Source: Thermoguttaceae bacterium
GTDB taxonomy: Bacteria; Planctomycetota; Planctomycetia; Pirellulales; Thermoguttaceae
Length of the DNA stretch: 64,000 bases
Assembly (NCBI GenBank): GCA_029975295.1
Contig: JARKPK010000029.1
Location: 49,047-113,046 of the forward strand
Direction: 5' to 3'
Made by a program: the position numbers and the translations under genes. The notes beneath the pieces are model-generated. The model was not told where the DNA came from, did no database searches, and was given only the letters and a program-made list of their open reading frames with translations. Of this stretch, positions 37,400 through 47,400 are shown in pieces (within the stretch, counting starts at the first letter, position 1; the number at the start of each line of letters is the position of its first letter).

Positions 37400-38092
37400 A
37401 TGGCAGGGTCGAGCATTCTGGTCGTCGAAGATGAAGAGAGCATCTGCGAGTTGCTCTGCTTCACGTTACAGCGAGAGGGGTTTCAAACCTCTGCCGCTCG
37501 CTCGGCGGCCGAAGCCGAATGCCAATTGGCGCGGGCCCTGCCCCACCTGATCTTGTTGGACCTGATGCTGCCCGACCGCAGCGGTCTCGACTTCTGCCGC
37601 CGGCTGAAAAGCAATCCGGCCACGGCCGCCGTGCCGATCGTAATGCTGACCGCCAAGGGCGAAGACGCCGACATCGTGCTCGGGCTGGAGATGGGCGCCG
37701 ACGACTACATCACCAAGCCCTTCAGCCCGCGGGTGCTCGTTGCGCGGCTGCACGCGGTGTTTCGCCGGCTGAATGAAACGGCCCACCGCGATGCGGCAGA
37801 GGAAAAGCACTCCGTCGGCGAAATCGAACTCCATCTCGGGCGCCATCAAGCGGCCGTTTCCGGAACGCCCGTCGCGCTGACCGCCACCGAGTTTCGCGTG
37901 TTAGAAACGTTGATGAGCCGGCCCGGCTGGGTCTTCACGCGCCGCCAAATCGCCGAAGCGATTCACGGACACGACGTAGTCGGCGACCGAGCGATCGACG
38001 TGCAGATCGTCGGGCTGCGAAAGAAACTGGGAACCGCCGGACGGCAGATCGAAACCGTCCGCGGAGTGGGCTATCGGCTCGGCGCGAACTGA
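37400..38092 (+). CDS. OmpR/PhoB-family response regulator (receiver plus winged-helix)
   Basis: ILVVEDE...D57-like LLDLMLPD...KGE receiver, and a C-terminal RVGYRL winged-helix signature, are present. ATG start. Confidence 0.9.
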   Translation: MAGSSILVVEDEESICELLCFTLQREGFQTSAARSAAEAECQLARALPHLILLDLMLPDRSGLDFCRRLKSNPATAAVPIVMLTAKGEDADIVLGLEMGADDYITKPFSPRVLVARLHAVFRRLNETAHRDAAEEKHSVGEIELHLGRHQAAVSGTPVALTATEFRVLETLMSRPGWVFTRRQIAEAIHGHDVVGDRAIDVQIVGLRKKLGTAGRQIETVRGVGYRLGAN

Positions 38093-38261
38093 CGCCACCG
38101 GCCGCGGCCCGCCGAGGGCCTTCTTGAGACAACTCATGCAACAAGGCCGACCGACGGCCGAGCCGCTGGTCGGAATAATCGTGACTTCGCGATCCCTTTC
38201 CAAGGATTGCTCATCTTCTGCGAATGATCTATCACCCAACAATAGGAAGGCGCCGTCTTCA

Positions 38262-40055
38262 ATGCGTTCTCCTCGCCTGATCTGGCTAGTCTTTCCCAGC
38301 TTCCTGCTCGTAACCATCGCCAGCGTGGCCGTCGTTTCGTTCTATGCCGCACGAACGATGAAGGGGTTCTTCTACACGCGCACCGAGGCGGAGTTGATCG
38401 ACCGCGCAAAGCTTGCGGCCGTCAAACTGAAAGACCTTTTGTCCGCTGGCGACGCCGCCCAACTCGACGCTCTTTGCAAGCTCTTGGGGCGTGAGTCGCA
38501 CATGCGCCTGACGATTGTGGGGCCCGACGGCGGCGTGCTCGGCGATTCGGAAGAAAGCCCGACCGCCATGGAGAACCATTTGGGCCGGCCGGAGATCACC
38601 GCCGCGGCAAACAACCCCGTCAATGTCGGGGCGTCGCGCCGCTATAGCGACACCGTCAAGGCCGAGCTTTTCTACGCCGCCGTGGCCATCCGCGAGGGCG
38701 AGCGGTTGCTGGGCTTCGTCCGCGTGGCCCTGCCCACCGACACGATCGACACCGAAACCCGAGGAATGTTGCAGCGGATCGGGCTGTTTGCCGCCCTCGT
38801 GGGCGTGGCGGCGGCGGCCGTCAGCCTCTGGCTCTCGCATCGGCTGATTCATCCGCTGGAAGAGCTGCGCCGCGGGGCCGAGCGGTTCTCTCGCGGCGAC
38901 TTGGCCCATCGCGTGCGCGGCGGCAACACGGCCGAAATCGCCGCCGTGGCCGACTCGCTCAACCAGATGGCCGCGGCCCTCGACCAGCGGATCGGCGAAT
39001 TGGTCCAGCAGCGCAACGAGGGGCAGGCCGTGCTCTCCAGCATGGTCGAGGGCGTAATCGCCGTCGATTCACACCAGCGCGTCATCAGCATGAATCACGC
39101 CTGCGCCCGGCTGCTGGGCACCGACGCCGCCCGCGCCGCCGGACGCCAACTGCAAGAAGTGGTGCGCAACCCCGATTTGCAGCAATTGGTTTCCGGCGTG
39201 CTCGTCGGGCAGAAGGCCATCGCCCAGGAGATCATGCTCCATCATCAGGGCGAACGCCAGATCGAAGCCCACGCCAGCGTGCTCCGCGACGCGGCCGACC
39301 GCGAGATCGGCGTCTTGCTCGTACTGCACGACGTCACGCGACTCCGCAAACTGGAGAATATGCGGCGCGACTTCGTGGCCAACGTCTCGCACGAACTGCG
39401 CACCCCGATCACCTCGATCAAGGGATTCGTCGAAACCCTGCTTGACGGCGCAGTCGAGGACCCCAACGACGCCAAACGCTTCCTGCACATCGTGGCGGCC
39501 CAAACCGATCGTCTGGAAGCCATTATCGAAGACCTGCTGCTGCTGTCGCGCGTGGAAGAAGAGCATGAACACGCGGAACCAACCCTGGAAACCGGCCAAA
39601 TCCAAGCGGTCATTCAAGCGGCCATCAGCGTGTGCCAACTGAAGGCCGAGGAAAAGCAAGTTCGGCTCGAAGCCCAATGCGACCCCTCGCTGCACGCCCT
39701 GATCAACCCCACCCTGCTCGAACAAGCATTGGTGAACTTGATCGACAACGCGGTAAAACACAGCGGCGAGCAACAAACCGTCCGCGTCGAGGCCGAGCTG
39801 ATGCCCGACGAGCTGCAAATCCGCGTGTGCGACAACGGCTGCGGCATTCCGCGCGAACACCTCTCCCGCATCTTCGAACGGTTCTACCGCGTCGATAAGG
39901 CGCGAAGCCGCAGCCTCGGCGGCACCGGACTGGGGCTGGCCATCGTCAAACATATCGCCCAATACCACCGCGGACGGGCAACGGTGGAAAGCACGCTGGG
40001 AAAAGGAAGCACCTTCTGCCTGCACCTGCCCCGTCCCGAACCGGCCAGCGACTGA
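38262..40055 (+). CDS. Sensor histidine kinase (two TM, HAMP, PAS, HisKA, HATPase_c); PhoR-like
   Basis: MRSPRLIWLVFPSFLLVTIASVAVV gives TM1, with a second TM before a HAMP domain. An H-box SHELRTPITSI, an N-box LVNLIDNAVKH, and a G-box GLGLAIVK are present. A GGAAGG Shine-Dalgarno lies 11 nt upstream of the chosen ATG. The gene is immediately downstream of the RR. Confidence 0.85.
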   Translation: MRSPRLIWLVFPSFLLVTIASVAVVSFYAARTMKGFFYTRTEAELIDRAKLAAVKLKDLLSAGDAAQLDALCKLLGRESHMRLTIVGPDGGVLGDSEESPTAMENHLGRPEITAAANNPVNVGASRRYSDTVKAELFYAAVAIREGERLLGFVRVALPTDTIDTETRGMLQRIGLFAALVGVAAAAVSLWLSHRLIHPLEELRRGAERFSRGDLAHRVRGGNTAEIAAVADSLNQMAAALDQRIGELVQQRNEGQAVLSSMVEGVIAVDSHQRVISMNHACARLLGTDAARAAGRQLQEVVRNPDLQQLVSGVLVGQKAIAQEIMLHHQGERQIEAHASVLRDAADREIGVLLVLHDVTRLRKLENMRRDFVANVSHELRTPITSIKGFVETLLDGAVEDPNDAKRFLHIVAAQTDRLEAIIEDLLLLSRVEEEHEHAEPTLETGQIQAVIQAAISVCQLKAEEKQVRLEAQCDPSLHALINPTLLEQALVNLIDNAVKHSGEQQTVRVEAELMPDELQIRVCDNGCGIPREHLSRIFERFYRVDKARSRSLGGTGLGLAIVKHIAQYHRGRATVESTLGKGSTFCLHLPRPEPASD

Positions 40056-40272
40056 GCAACGCCCCGTGCAACACAGGGGATCAAGCAGCCGCGAGAACCG
40101 CGATTTCGACTGCGAATAAACGCGAAACTACGCCATTCGAGCAGCGCAGCCGCAGGCAATTCCAAACGACGCGAATAGTGGAGCGACAGCCGAAAACCCC
40201 ACGAACCCGCAGAGACGACGGTGCGGAGCTAAATGGACGGGTGAGCGACGTTGCCTGGAGTGAACACGGATT

Positions 40273-40400
40273 GTTGCATTTTGCAACACATGTTCAATTC
40301 TGCTACAGCAAGAAAGAACAAGGGCGGGCCGGAGATCGCTCGGGCTTCGTTCTCCGACCCGCCTTGTGAAACGGAAGCTGATGCTTCCGACCGGTCGGGT
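40273..40400. other. Structured non-coding segment: 17-bp perfect palindrome TGTTGCA-TTT-TGCAACA followed by three consecutive stem-loops
   Basis: The palindrome is at 40273-40289. A ~17-bp stem CAAGGGCGGGCCGGAGA...TCTCCGACCCGCCTTG follows, then a GGAAGCtgatGCTTCC hairpin, then the 12-nt palindrome CCGACCGGTCGG. The segment lies in a 600-bp gene-free gap between convergent genes. Confidence 0.4.
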
Positions 40401-40671
40401 TGCCTACTTCTAGTTCCGGAGGGGACGTCTCGGAAAGAAAGTACCCGACAGGATTCGCCTCAAACCTCTGTTCGCCTGGGTTCTGCCTAAATCCAGGCTT
40501 TGCTCTTCTCTAAAACCGGCCCCAACAATTCGAAAGCCGAATTCTCTCGTCCCACAACGGCCAACCTATAGTGCTAACGCCGTGCCAATCACAAAGAAAA
40601 CGGGCCTGCATCTCGAAAAAGGCATGCGGGCCCGTTGAATCCCCGTCGAGGGCGGTTCGCTCGGTCGGCGC

Positions 40672-41571
40672 TCACCCTCCGCCGGTGGGCGGCTCGCGCG
40701 ACAACTCCGCTGCAACCGCCTTGAGGTACTCCCCGTAGCTGTTGGGGTATTGGGCTGCCGCAGCCGCAACCTGTTCGGGCGAAATGAATCCCTTGCGGCA
40801 GGCCACTTCCTCCAAGCACGCGATCTTCAACCCTTGCCGTTCTTCGATCGTCTGCACGAAACTGGCCGCCTGGAGCAACGAGGTTTCGTTGCCCGTGTCG
40901 AGCCACGCGAATCCGCGGCCCAGCCGTTCGACGTGCAGCGCGCCCGCCTCCAAATAGGCCCGATTCACGTCGGTGATTTCCAGCTCGCCTCGGGCCGAGG
41001 GCGTTAACCTCGCCGCAATCTCTGCCGCGCGCCGGTCGAAAAAGTACAGCCCCGTAACAGCCAGATTCGATCGCGGCCGCGAGGGCTTTTCTTCGATCGA
41101 CAGCGGCCGCCCATCGGGGGCAAGCTCGATGATGCCGTAACGCTGGGGATCCTTGACGGCGTAAGCGAACACGGTGGCCCCGGCGGTCCGCCCTGCCGCC
41201 CGAAGCAGCATGGCCTGAAACCCCTGCCCATAGAAGATGTTGTCGCCCAAGATCAGGGCCACCGATTCGTCGCCGATGAACTCGCGTCCGATCAGCAACG
41301 CCTCGGCCAGTCCGCGAGGCGCGTTCTGAGCGGCGTAGCGAATCGAAATGCCGTAGCGGCCGCCATCGCCCAAGAGCCGCTCGAACAACCCCAAATCGTG
41401 CGGCGTCGAGATCAGCAACACGTCGCGGATGCCGGCCAACATCAATACGGACAGCGGGTAGAACACCATCGGCTTGTCGTACACCGGCAGCAACTGCTTG
41501 CTGACGGCGCGAGTCAGCGGATAGAGCCGCGTGCCCGAACCTCCGGCCAGCACGATTCCCTTGGTCACCAT
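40672..41571 (-). CDS. rmlA: Glucose-1-phosphate thymidylyltransferase
   Basis: [20 protein letters not shown]...[11 protein letters not shown] is the canonical RmlA N-terminus, and similarity is full-length. ATG at 41571 is preceded by GAGGGGA. Confidence 0.9.
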   Translation of the reverse strand: MVTKGIVLAGGSGTRLYPLTRAVSKQLLPVYDKPMVFYPLSVLMLAGIRDVLLISTPHDLGLFERLLGDGGRYGISIRYAAQNAPRGLAEALLIGREFIGDESVALILGDNIFYGQGFQAMLLRAAGRTAGATVFAYAVKDPQRYGIIELAPDGRPLSIEEKPSRPRSNLAVTGLYFFDRRAAEIAARLTPSARGELEITDVNRAYLEAGALHVERLGRGFAWLDTGNETSLLQAASFVQTIEERQGLKIACLEEVACRKGFISPEQVAAAAAQYPNSYGEYLKAVAAELSREPPTGGG

Positions 41572-41960
41572 CAATCCGTCCCCTCGCTTGGTCTTGCTTG
41601 CCCTCGGCCGGCAGCGTTTTCACCAGGCCGGCCCCCGGATCGGCTCGATCGCTGCTCAATATATCGGCCTACCGCCCGCCTGCCCACCGTCGCTGTCGCC
41701 ACCGCTTGGTTTGCCGCGATCGGCTGCGAGTAACTTCGCGGCCCGGCCGTTGTCGGGCCCCGAACACCATTCCGCCCAGCCGGCCGGGGCTGTTGCATCT
41801 TCTGCCGCGGCATGACAAACTACTACCGAAGTTTTGCGGGCATTCGGCCGACGCATCAAGGGCAGCAGCCCTTGCACGAAAACAGAAAACAGCCGCTCGC
41901 AACCGACGAATGCGGCCCGAATGTTCACCGACCATTCTTCCGCGGAGGGTTTGCGCACCG

Positions 41961-42935
41961 ATGGAACCGATCACTCGACGTACAGCTCTGTGGGCCGGCG
42001 CCGCCGGCTGGGCCGCCGCCGCGATGGTTCCTGCCGGGGCCTCGGCAGCCAAGGCCCTCCCCGCGGCCGGCGACAAGCCGCCGTTCCGCTTCAGCCTCAA
42101 TACGGCCACAATCCGCGGCCAGAAGCTGCCCCTGCCGCAGCAGGTGCGGATTACGGCGCAGGCGGGCTACGACTCGATCGAGCCGTGGCTCCGCGATTTG
42201 GAGGAGTTCGCCCAAGGGGGCGGCAACCTCGACGACGTTCGCAAACAGATCGCCGACGCCGGATTGACGGTGGAAAGCGCCATCGGGTTCCCCTCGTGGT
42301 GCGTCGATGACGATGCCGTCCGGGCCCGCGGCCTCGAGCAACTGAAGCGCGACATGGAGTTGATTCTCCGCATCGGGGGCCACCGCATCGCCGCTCCCCC
42401 GGCTGGCGCGCACGCCACGGCCGGAATCGATTTACGAAAGATCGGCGAACGATATCGGACCGTGCTCGAGATCGGCCGCCAGATGGGCGTCGTGGCGCAA
42501 TTGGAGATCTGGGGCGGATCGAAGACGCTGAGCCGATTGAGCGAAGCGATCTTCGTGGCCGCCGAGGCGGCCCATCCGGACGCCTGCGTGCTGCTCGACG
42601 CCTATCACCTTTACAAAGGCGGCTCGGACTTCGCCGCCATCCGTTTGCTCAACGGGGCGGCCATGCACACCTTCCACATCAACGACTACCCGGCACAACC
42701 GCCGCGCGACAAGATCGGCGACGCCGACCGCGTCTTTCCCGGCGACGGCATTGCGCCGTTGGAAACACTGATCGCCGACCTGTATCGGGCCGGCTTCCGC
42801 GGCGGATTCTCGCTGGAACTGTTCAATCGCGACTATTGGCAACGCGACGCGGCGGAGGTGGCACGAACTGGACTGGAAAAGACCAAGGCCGCGGCCGCCA
42901 AGGCCCTGGCCGGCATCGAACGCACCGCCGGTTGA
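41961..42935 (+). CDS. TAT-exported sugar phosphate isomerase/epimerase (xylose isomerase-like TIM barrel)
   Basis: MEPITRRTALWAGAAGWAAAAMVPAGASA is a twin-arginine signal. The TIM-barrel body (QLEIWGG, LDAYHL) follows. This is the second such enzyme in the window. Confidence 0.8.
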   Translation: MEPITRRTALWAGAAGWAAAAMVPAGASAAKALPAAGDKPPFRFSLNTATIRGQKLPLPQQVRITAQAGYDSIEPWLRDLEEFAQGGGNLDDVRKQIADAGLTVESAIGFPSWCVDDDAVRARGLEQLKRDMELILRIGGHRIAAPPAGAHATAGIDLRKIGERYRTVLEIGRQMGVVAQLEIWGGSKTLSRLSEAIFVAAEAAHPDACVLLDAYHLYKGGSDFAAIRLLNGAAMHTFHINDYPAQPPRDKIGDADRVFPGDGIAPLETLIADLYRAGFRGGFSLELFNRDYWQRDAAEVARTGLEKTKAAAAKALAGIERTAG

Positions 42936-43000
42936 CCGCCCCGGCCGGCGGCCGTTCGGGGGCCTTCGACCGCTTTTCGACCAACCCTGGGGAGGAGCTT

Positions 43001-44050
43001 ATGACGATTCGCATCGGCATCGCAGGCATTGGGTTTATGGGCATGGTGCATTACCTCACCTACCGGCGGCTCCGGGGGGCGAAGGTCGTCGCCTTCTGCG
43101 AGCAAGACCCGGTGCGCCTCAGCGGCGACTGGCGGTCGATCAAAGGCAATTTCGGCCCGGCCGGCGAAATAATGGACCTTAGCGGGATGGGCCGCTACCG
43201 CGAGATCGACCAACTGGTCAACGACCCGAACGTCGATCTGGTCGATGTCTGCCTGCCGCCCGGATTGCACGCCCAGGCGACGATCGCCGCGCTGAAAGCC
43301 GGCAAGCATGTGTTCTGCGAGAAGCCGATTGCGCTGTCGGCCGCCGACGGCGTGAAGATGTGCGCCGCCGCCGAGAAGGCCGGCCGCCTGCTGCTGATCG
43401 GCCATGTGCTGCCCTTCTTCCCCGAATATCGCTTCGCGCTGGAAGCGACCCGATCGGGCAAGTTCGGCAAACTGCTGGGCGGCCATTTCAAGCGGGTGAT
43501 CTCCGACCCGCAGTGGCTCCCCCGCTTCTACGATCCCGAGCATACCGGCGGGCCGATGCTCGACCTCCACGTTCACGACGCCCATTTCATCCGCCTCTTG
43601 TTCGGCATGCCCAAGGCGGTGAACACGGCCGGGCGGATGCGCGGGGCGGTGGTCGAGCAGTTCACCACGCAGTTCGTCTTCGACGATCCCGATCTGGTCG
43701 TTACCGCCTCAAGCGGCGTCATCCGCCAGCAGGGCCGCCCGTTCACCCATGCGTTCGAAATCTATTTCGAACGCGCCACGCTGCTCTATGATTTCGCCAA
43801 CTTGGCCACCGGGCCAGTGCTGGCCATGCCGCTGACCGTGCTCGACGAAAAAGGCCGCGCGACGCGGCCCAAGCTCGGCGGCGGCGACCCGATGGACGCC
43901 TTCCGCGCCGAACTGGGCGAGGTGATCCGCGCGGTGGGCGACGGCCGAACCTCGCCGGTCCTCGACGGCTCGTTGGCGCGCGACGCAGTTGTCCTTTGCC
44001 ACAAACAAACCGAGTCGGCCCGAAAAGGCAAGCCGGTGAAAGTGGCGTAG
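43001..44050 (+). CDS. Gfo/Idh/MocA-family oxidoreductase (cytoplasmic)
   Basis: MTIRIGIAGIGFMGMVHY is the Rossmann N-terminus, and EKP and the family C-terminal domain are present. GGAGGA lies 5 nt before the ATG. The gene is 65 nt downstream of the TIM-barrel gene. Confidence 0.85.
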   Translation: MTIRIGIAGIGFMGMVHYLTYRRLRGAKVVAFCEQDPVRLSGDWRSIKGNFGPAGEIMDLSGMGRYREIDQLVNDPNVDLVDVCLPPGLHAQATIAALKAGKHVFCEKPIALSAADGVKMCAAAEKAGRLLLIGHVLPFFPEYRFALEATRSGKFGKLLGGHFKRVISDPQWLPRFYDPEHTGGPMLDLHVHDAHFIRLLFGMPKAVNTAGRMRGAVVEQFTTQFVFDDPDLVVTASSGVIRQQGRPFTHAFEIYFERATLLYDFANLATGPVLAMPLTVLDEKGRATRPKLGGGDPMDAFRAELGEVIRAVGDGRTSPVLDGSLARDAVVLCHKQTESARKGKPVKVA

Positions 44051-44153
44051 AGCAAGCGTTGCGGCCGACGGCCCAAAAAGCCGACGCGCCCCCGCGTTGC
44101 CCTCGGCCCGACCGGCGGCCTGCGACGCCGCTCACCGGCGCGCTGGAAGAACA

Positions 44154-44199
44154 ACGGGGAGCCCCCCGACCGACGATCGGGCCTCCCCGTTTCGCTTTC
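44154..44199 (+). terminator. Candidate intrinsic terminator after the Gfo/Idh/MocA gene
   Basis: A GGGGAG...CTCCCC stem is followed by GTTTCGCTTTCTC. Confidence 0.4.
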
Positions 44200-44319
44200 T
44201 CATCTGCAACGTGCCTGCCTCCGGATGGCGTCTTATCCCGTTATCCTGCCTCCGGATCGCGCTTTGTTCGCCGCTGCCGCACAGGCAGCGCAAAACAGTC
44301 GCCATACCAAGCGGGTTCT

Positions 44320-44352
44320 GCCGAAACGACCACGGCCGGACAAGCCGGCCGT
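44320..44352 (-). terminator. Candidate intrinsic terminator after the giant gene
   Basis: On the minus strand, CACGGCCGG-cttgt-CCGGCCGTG forms a 9-bp stem followed by GTCGTTTCGG. It lies about 60 nt past the stop. A second GC hairpin at 44372-44395 precedes it. Confidence 0.3.
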
Positions 44353-44407
44353 GGCGCGCTTCACTTTTCGGCCGGCGGACTGAAAACCGCCGGCGATCGA
44401 CTGATCA

Positions 44408-47400
44408 CTACCTCCGTCGCCGAGCGACGAACCACCCGGCGATTACCGCCAGCAGGGCAAGCCCCCAAGTGGCAGGCTCGGGCACCGGGGCCGCTGCGCC
44501 GTTGCCTCCCAGTTCGCCCGCCGGCGCCACCGCGCCGCCGCCCAAGCCGCCGAAGTCCCAAGAGAAGCCGCCGCTGCCGTTGGCGATTTGCAACAGGTTG
44601 ACCACGCTCGTGCTGGCCGCCCCGGACGTGGCCTTGATCTCAACCTTGGCCCCCTCGCCGATAACAAGCTCGTCCACGCGGATCGCGCCGGCCGCCAGCG
44701 TTGCGTCGTTGTCCACCTGGACAATGCTGTACGGGTTGAAGGCGGCAAACGTGCCGCTGGGGTCGAGCACCTGCATCTGCCAGTAGTCGGCCACCGCCCC
44801 GGGCGCCCAACGGACCTCGGCCGCCGCACCGCCGTTGCCTTCGAAGAACCCCACGGCGATGTTGTACGTGCCGGCGGCCAACGCCACGCTGGCTACCGTG
44901 TGCTCCGTGCCGTGCGGCCCGCGGTTATCGACGATCCGCTCGTCGGCCTGGAAGATGTTGTCGCCGTTGAGATCGATATAGACGGTCGTGCCGTCGTCGC
45001 TTCGAGCGCCGAAGGAGACCAGCCCGGGCTGGATCGCGTTGCCCGCTCCGCCCACGGTGATCGTGCCTTTCCAGGCCGCGCCGATCTGGTCGTCGGCCGA
45101 TTGGCCGGCCTCGGCCGGGTAACTGCCGTAAGACTCGGCCCGCGTTCTCATCGCCGCATCGTTGGCATACGAGAGCGCCCCGGTGAGCGTGCCCACGTTG
45201 GCCGACGGCGCGTTGAGGAAGTTCGTCGCGTTCTCGAACATGATGAACGGATCGCCGCCGTAGGAGTTGAAACCGGTCGGCCCCAACCCCACATAGCTGG
45301 GCCGGTAGAACCGTTCTTCCAGCGACGAGATCGGCTGAGCCGCGGCCGCGCGATCGGGCAGCGTGTCGATCATCCGCGCGCCCATATCGACCGTACCGCT
45401 CTTGACGACCAATTTGGTGTTGCCCAAGGTGATCGGGGCCTCGACCCCGGCCGTTTGGCCCGTGCCGGGATTGAACGCCAGTTCGCTATGGGCGACGATG
45501 CCGCCGGCCTGAACCGCCGGAGCGGCGCCCGAGCCGACGATGTTCGTCTGCTGACCGCCGCTGATCGACAGCACCGCCGACTCGGCCCCGGTTTGGGCCG
45601 CCACGCGGTTGATGGTGATGTTCGCCGCGCCGCCGGCGGTGTCGTTGAGCAACCAACCGCTGCCGGTCAGAGCGACGGTTTGCACCGCCAGCCGTTCGTT
45701 ATCGAAACTGCGTAGGGCGAGAATGCCGTTTTCACCTAAGCTGAGATTGGTGTTCACTTGGCCCTGCACGGCGTCGGCATTGCCCCACCGCCGGGCTTCG
45801 ACAACGCCCGAGGCGCCGGCCGCCGCGTTGATCGAGCCGGTGAAGTCGTTCACCAATCCCGGCCCAGATGCCGCATCCTGCACGAACATCGTCAGCGTGC
45901 GGTACTGGCCGGCGGTGAACGTCATGTCGAGCCGCTGGCTGCCTTCCGTGCCCCAGGTGCGCCCGTCGCGGCCATACCACATGCCGATCGCCCGGCGCCC
46001 GGCGCTCTGCCGATAGGCCGCAGCAATCTCGATGACGCCCACGCCCGGGTTGGCTTGCACTTCCAACTCGCCCGTGCCGGCCAGCCGCAGCGTTCGCCCA
46101 TTGAGGTTGAAGCTGCTGTAGGTGGTCGCCCCGTTGTCGAGGCTGACGGGCATGATCCGGACCATCTCGCGGCTGTTCATCAAGATGTTCGCCTTGCCCG
46201 AAAGCGTGCCCACCAAATCCATGTGGTAGTCGGTGGGCCCGTACATATTCCCGCCGTTGATGCCGATTTGCAGCCACCGCTCGGTATTGTCGAGCGTGGT
46301 CACGTTGCCGATCATCACGAAGCCCCATTCATCGCGGTCGGAAATGACGATCGGGTTCGGACCGTTCGGATCGTGCGTGAGCACGAAGTCGGCCATGATG
46401 CGGTTGTCGTTCCAAGAACTCAACGCCACCACGGCGCCGGCGTTGGGACGGACGTTGGTGAATCGGGCCAGAGCGAAGTTGCCGTTGCGATCGTCGCCGC
46501 GGGCCGAGCGGAGCAACCCGGTGAAGGCCCCGCGGTTGCCCGAAAGCGACAGAGTATCGGTTTCGCTCAGGCCGAGCACGTTGACCGCCACGCGGAACTC
46601 GTTCACCTTGTTCGGGTTGCCCGCGCCGGGGTTGTCCACCTCGTTGACGAACACGGAGATGTCTTCTCCGCGCCCGAGCCGCACCGTGCCGTTGCCGCCC
46701 ACGTAATTGGCGGAGTTGCCGTCGCGCCCCGAATGGACCTCGATATACGGCCCGCCGCCCACATAGGAATTGGGCCGAACGCTGTGATCAATCAGGCCGT
46801 GGACCACCGGGGCCGTGCCGGGATTGCTGCCCCCCTGTCCGAACCGCAGCGTGCCGTTGACCACGTTGATGACCGCCGTCGAGGCGATAGTCGCCCGATC
46901 GATTTCGACGATGCCGATTTGGTCGGTCAACTGACGGGTCATGTCGTCGCCTTCGAGCACGATGACCGGGGCGGCGTCGTTGATCTGGAAGAGGCCGTCG
47001 ATCGTGCCGCTCGTCCAAATCGCCAACCGCCGGCCGCTGCCGGCGCTGAGGATGGCCGGGGCGCCGGCGACGGGGCCTTGCAGCCCGCCGGTGCCGGAAA
47101 TGCCGCCGTTGTCGTTCCAGCCGGTGGTCAACCGCCGTCCGCCGTCGAGCACCAACGCCGTGGTGTTGATCTGGTTGTTGTCGTCGCGCACCAGATAATC
47201 CACGTAGCTGGGCAATCCCGAGCTTTGCGGGTTCGCGTCGGTGTCGTACACGATCATCGAACCGGGGGCAAAGCTCAAATTGCTCAACGAGCTGGTGAAC
47301 CGCCCAATGTCGTTGACCCATACGACGCCGAAGCCGCGTTCGTCGGCTAGCACGTTGACCGTGCCGGAGGTGACCGCGACGTTATGCAGCAGCAACGTGG

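Noticed and set aside
44214-44259. 13-bp direct repeat CCTGCCTCCGGAT x2 (33-bp spacing)
   Set aside because: It is short, GC-rich and plausibly chance, with no associated feature.
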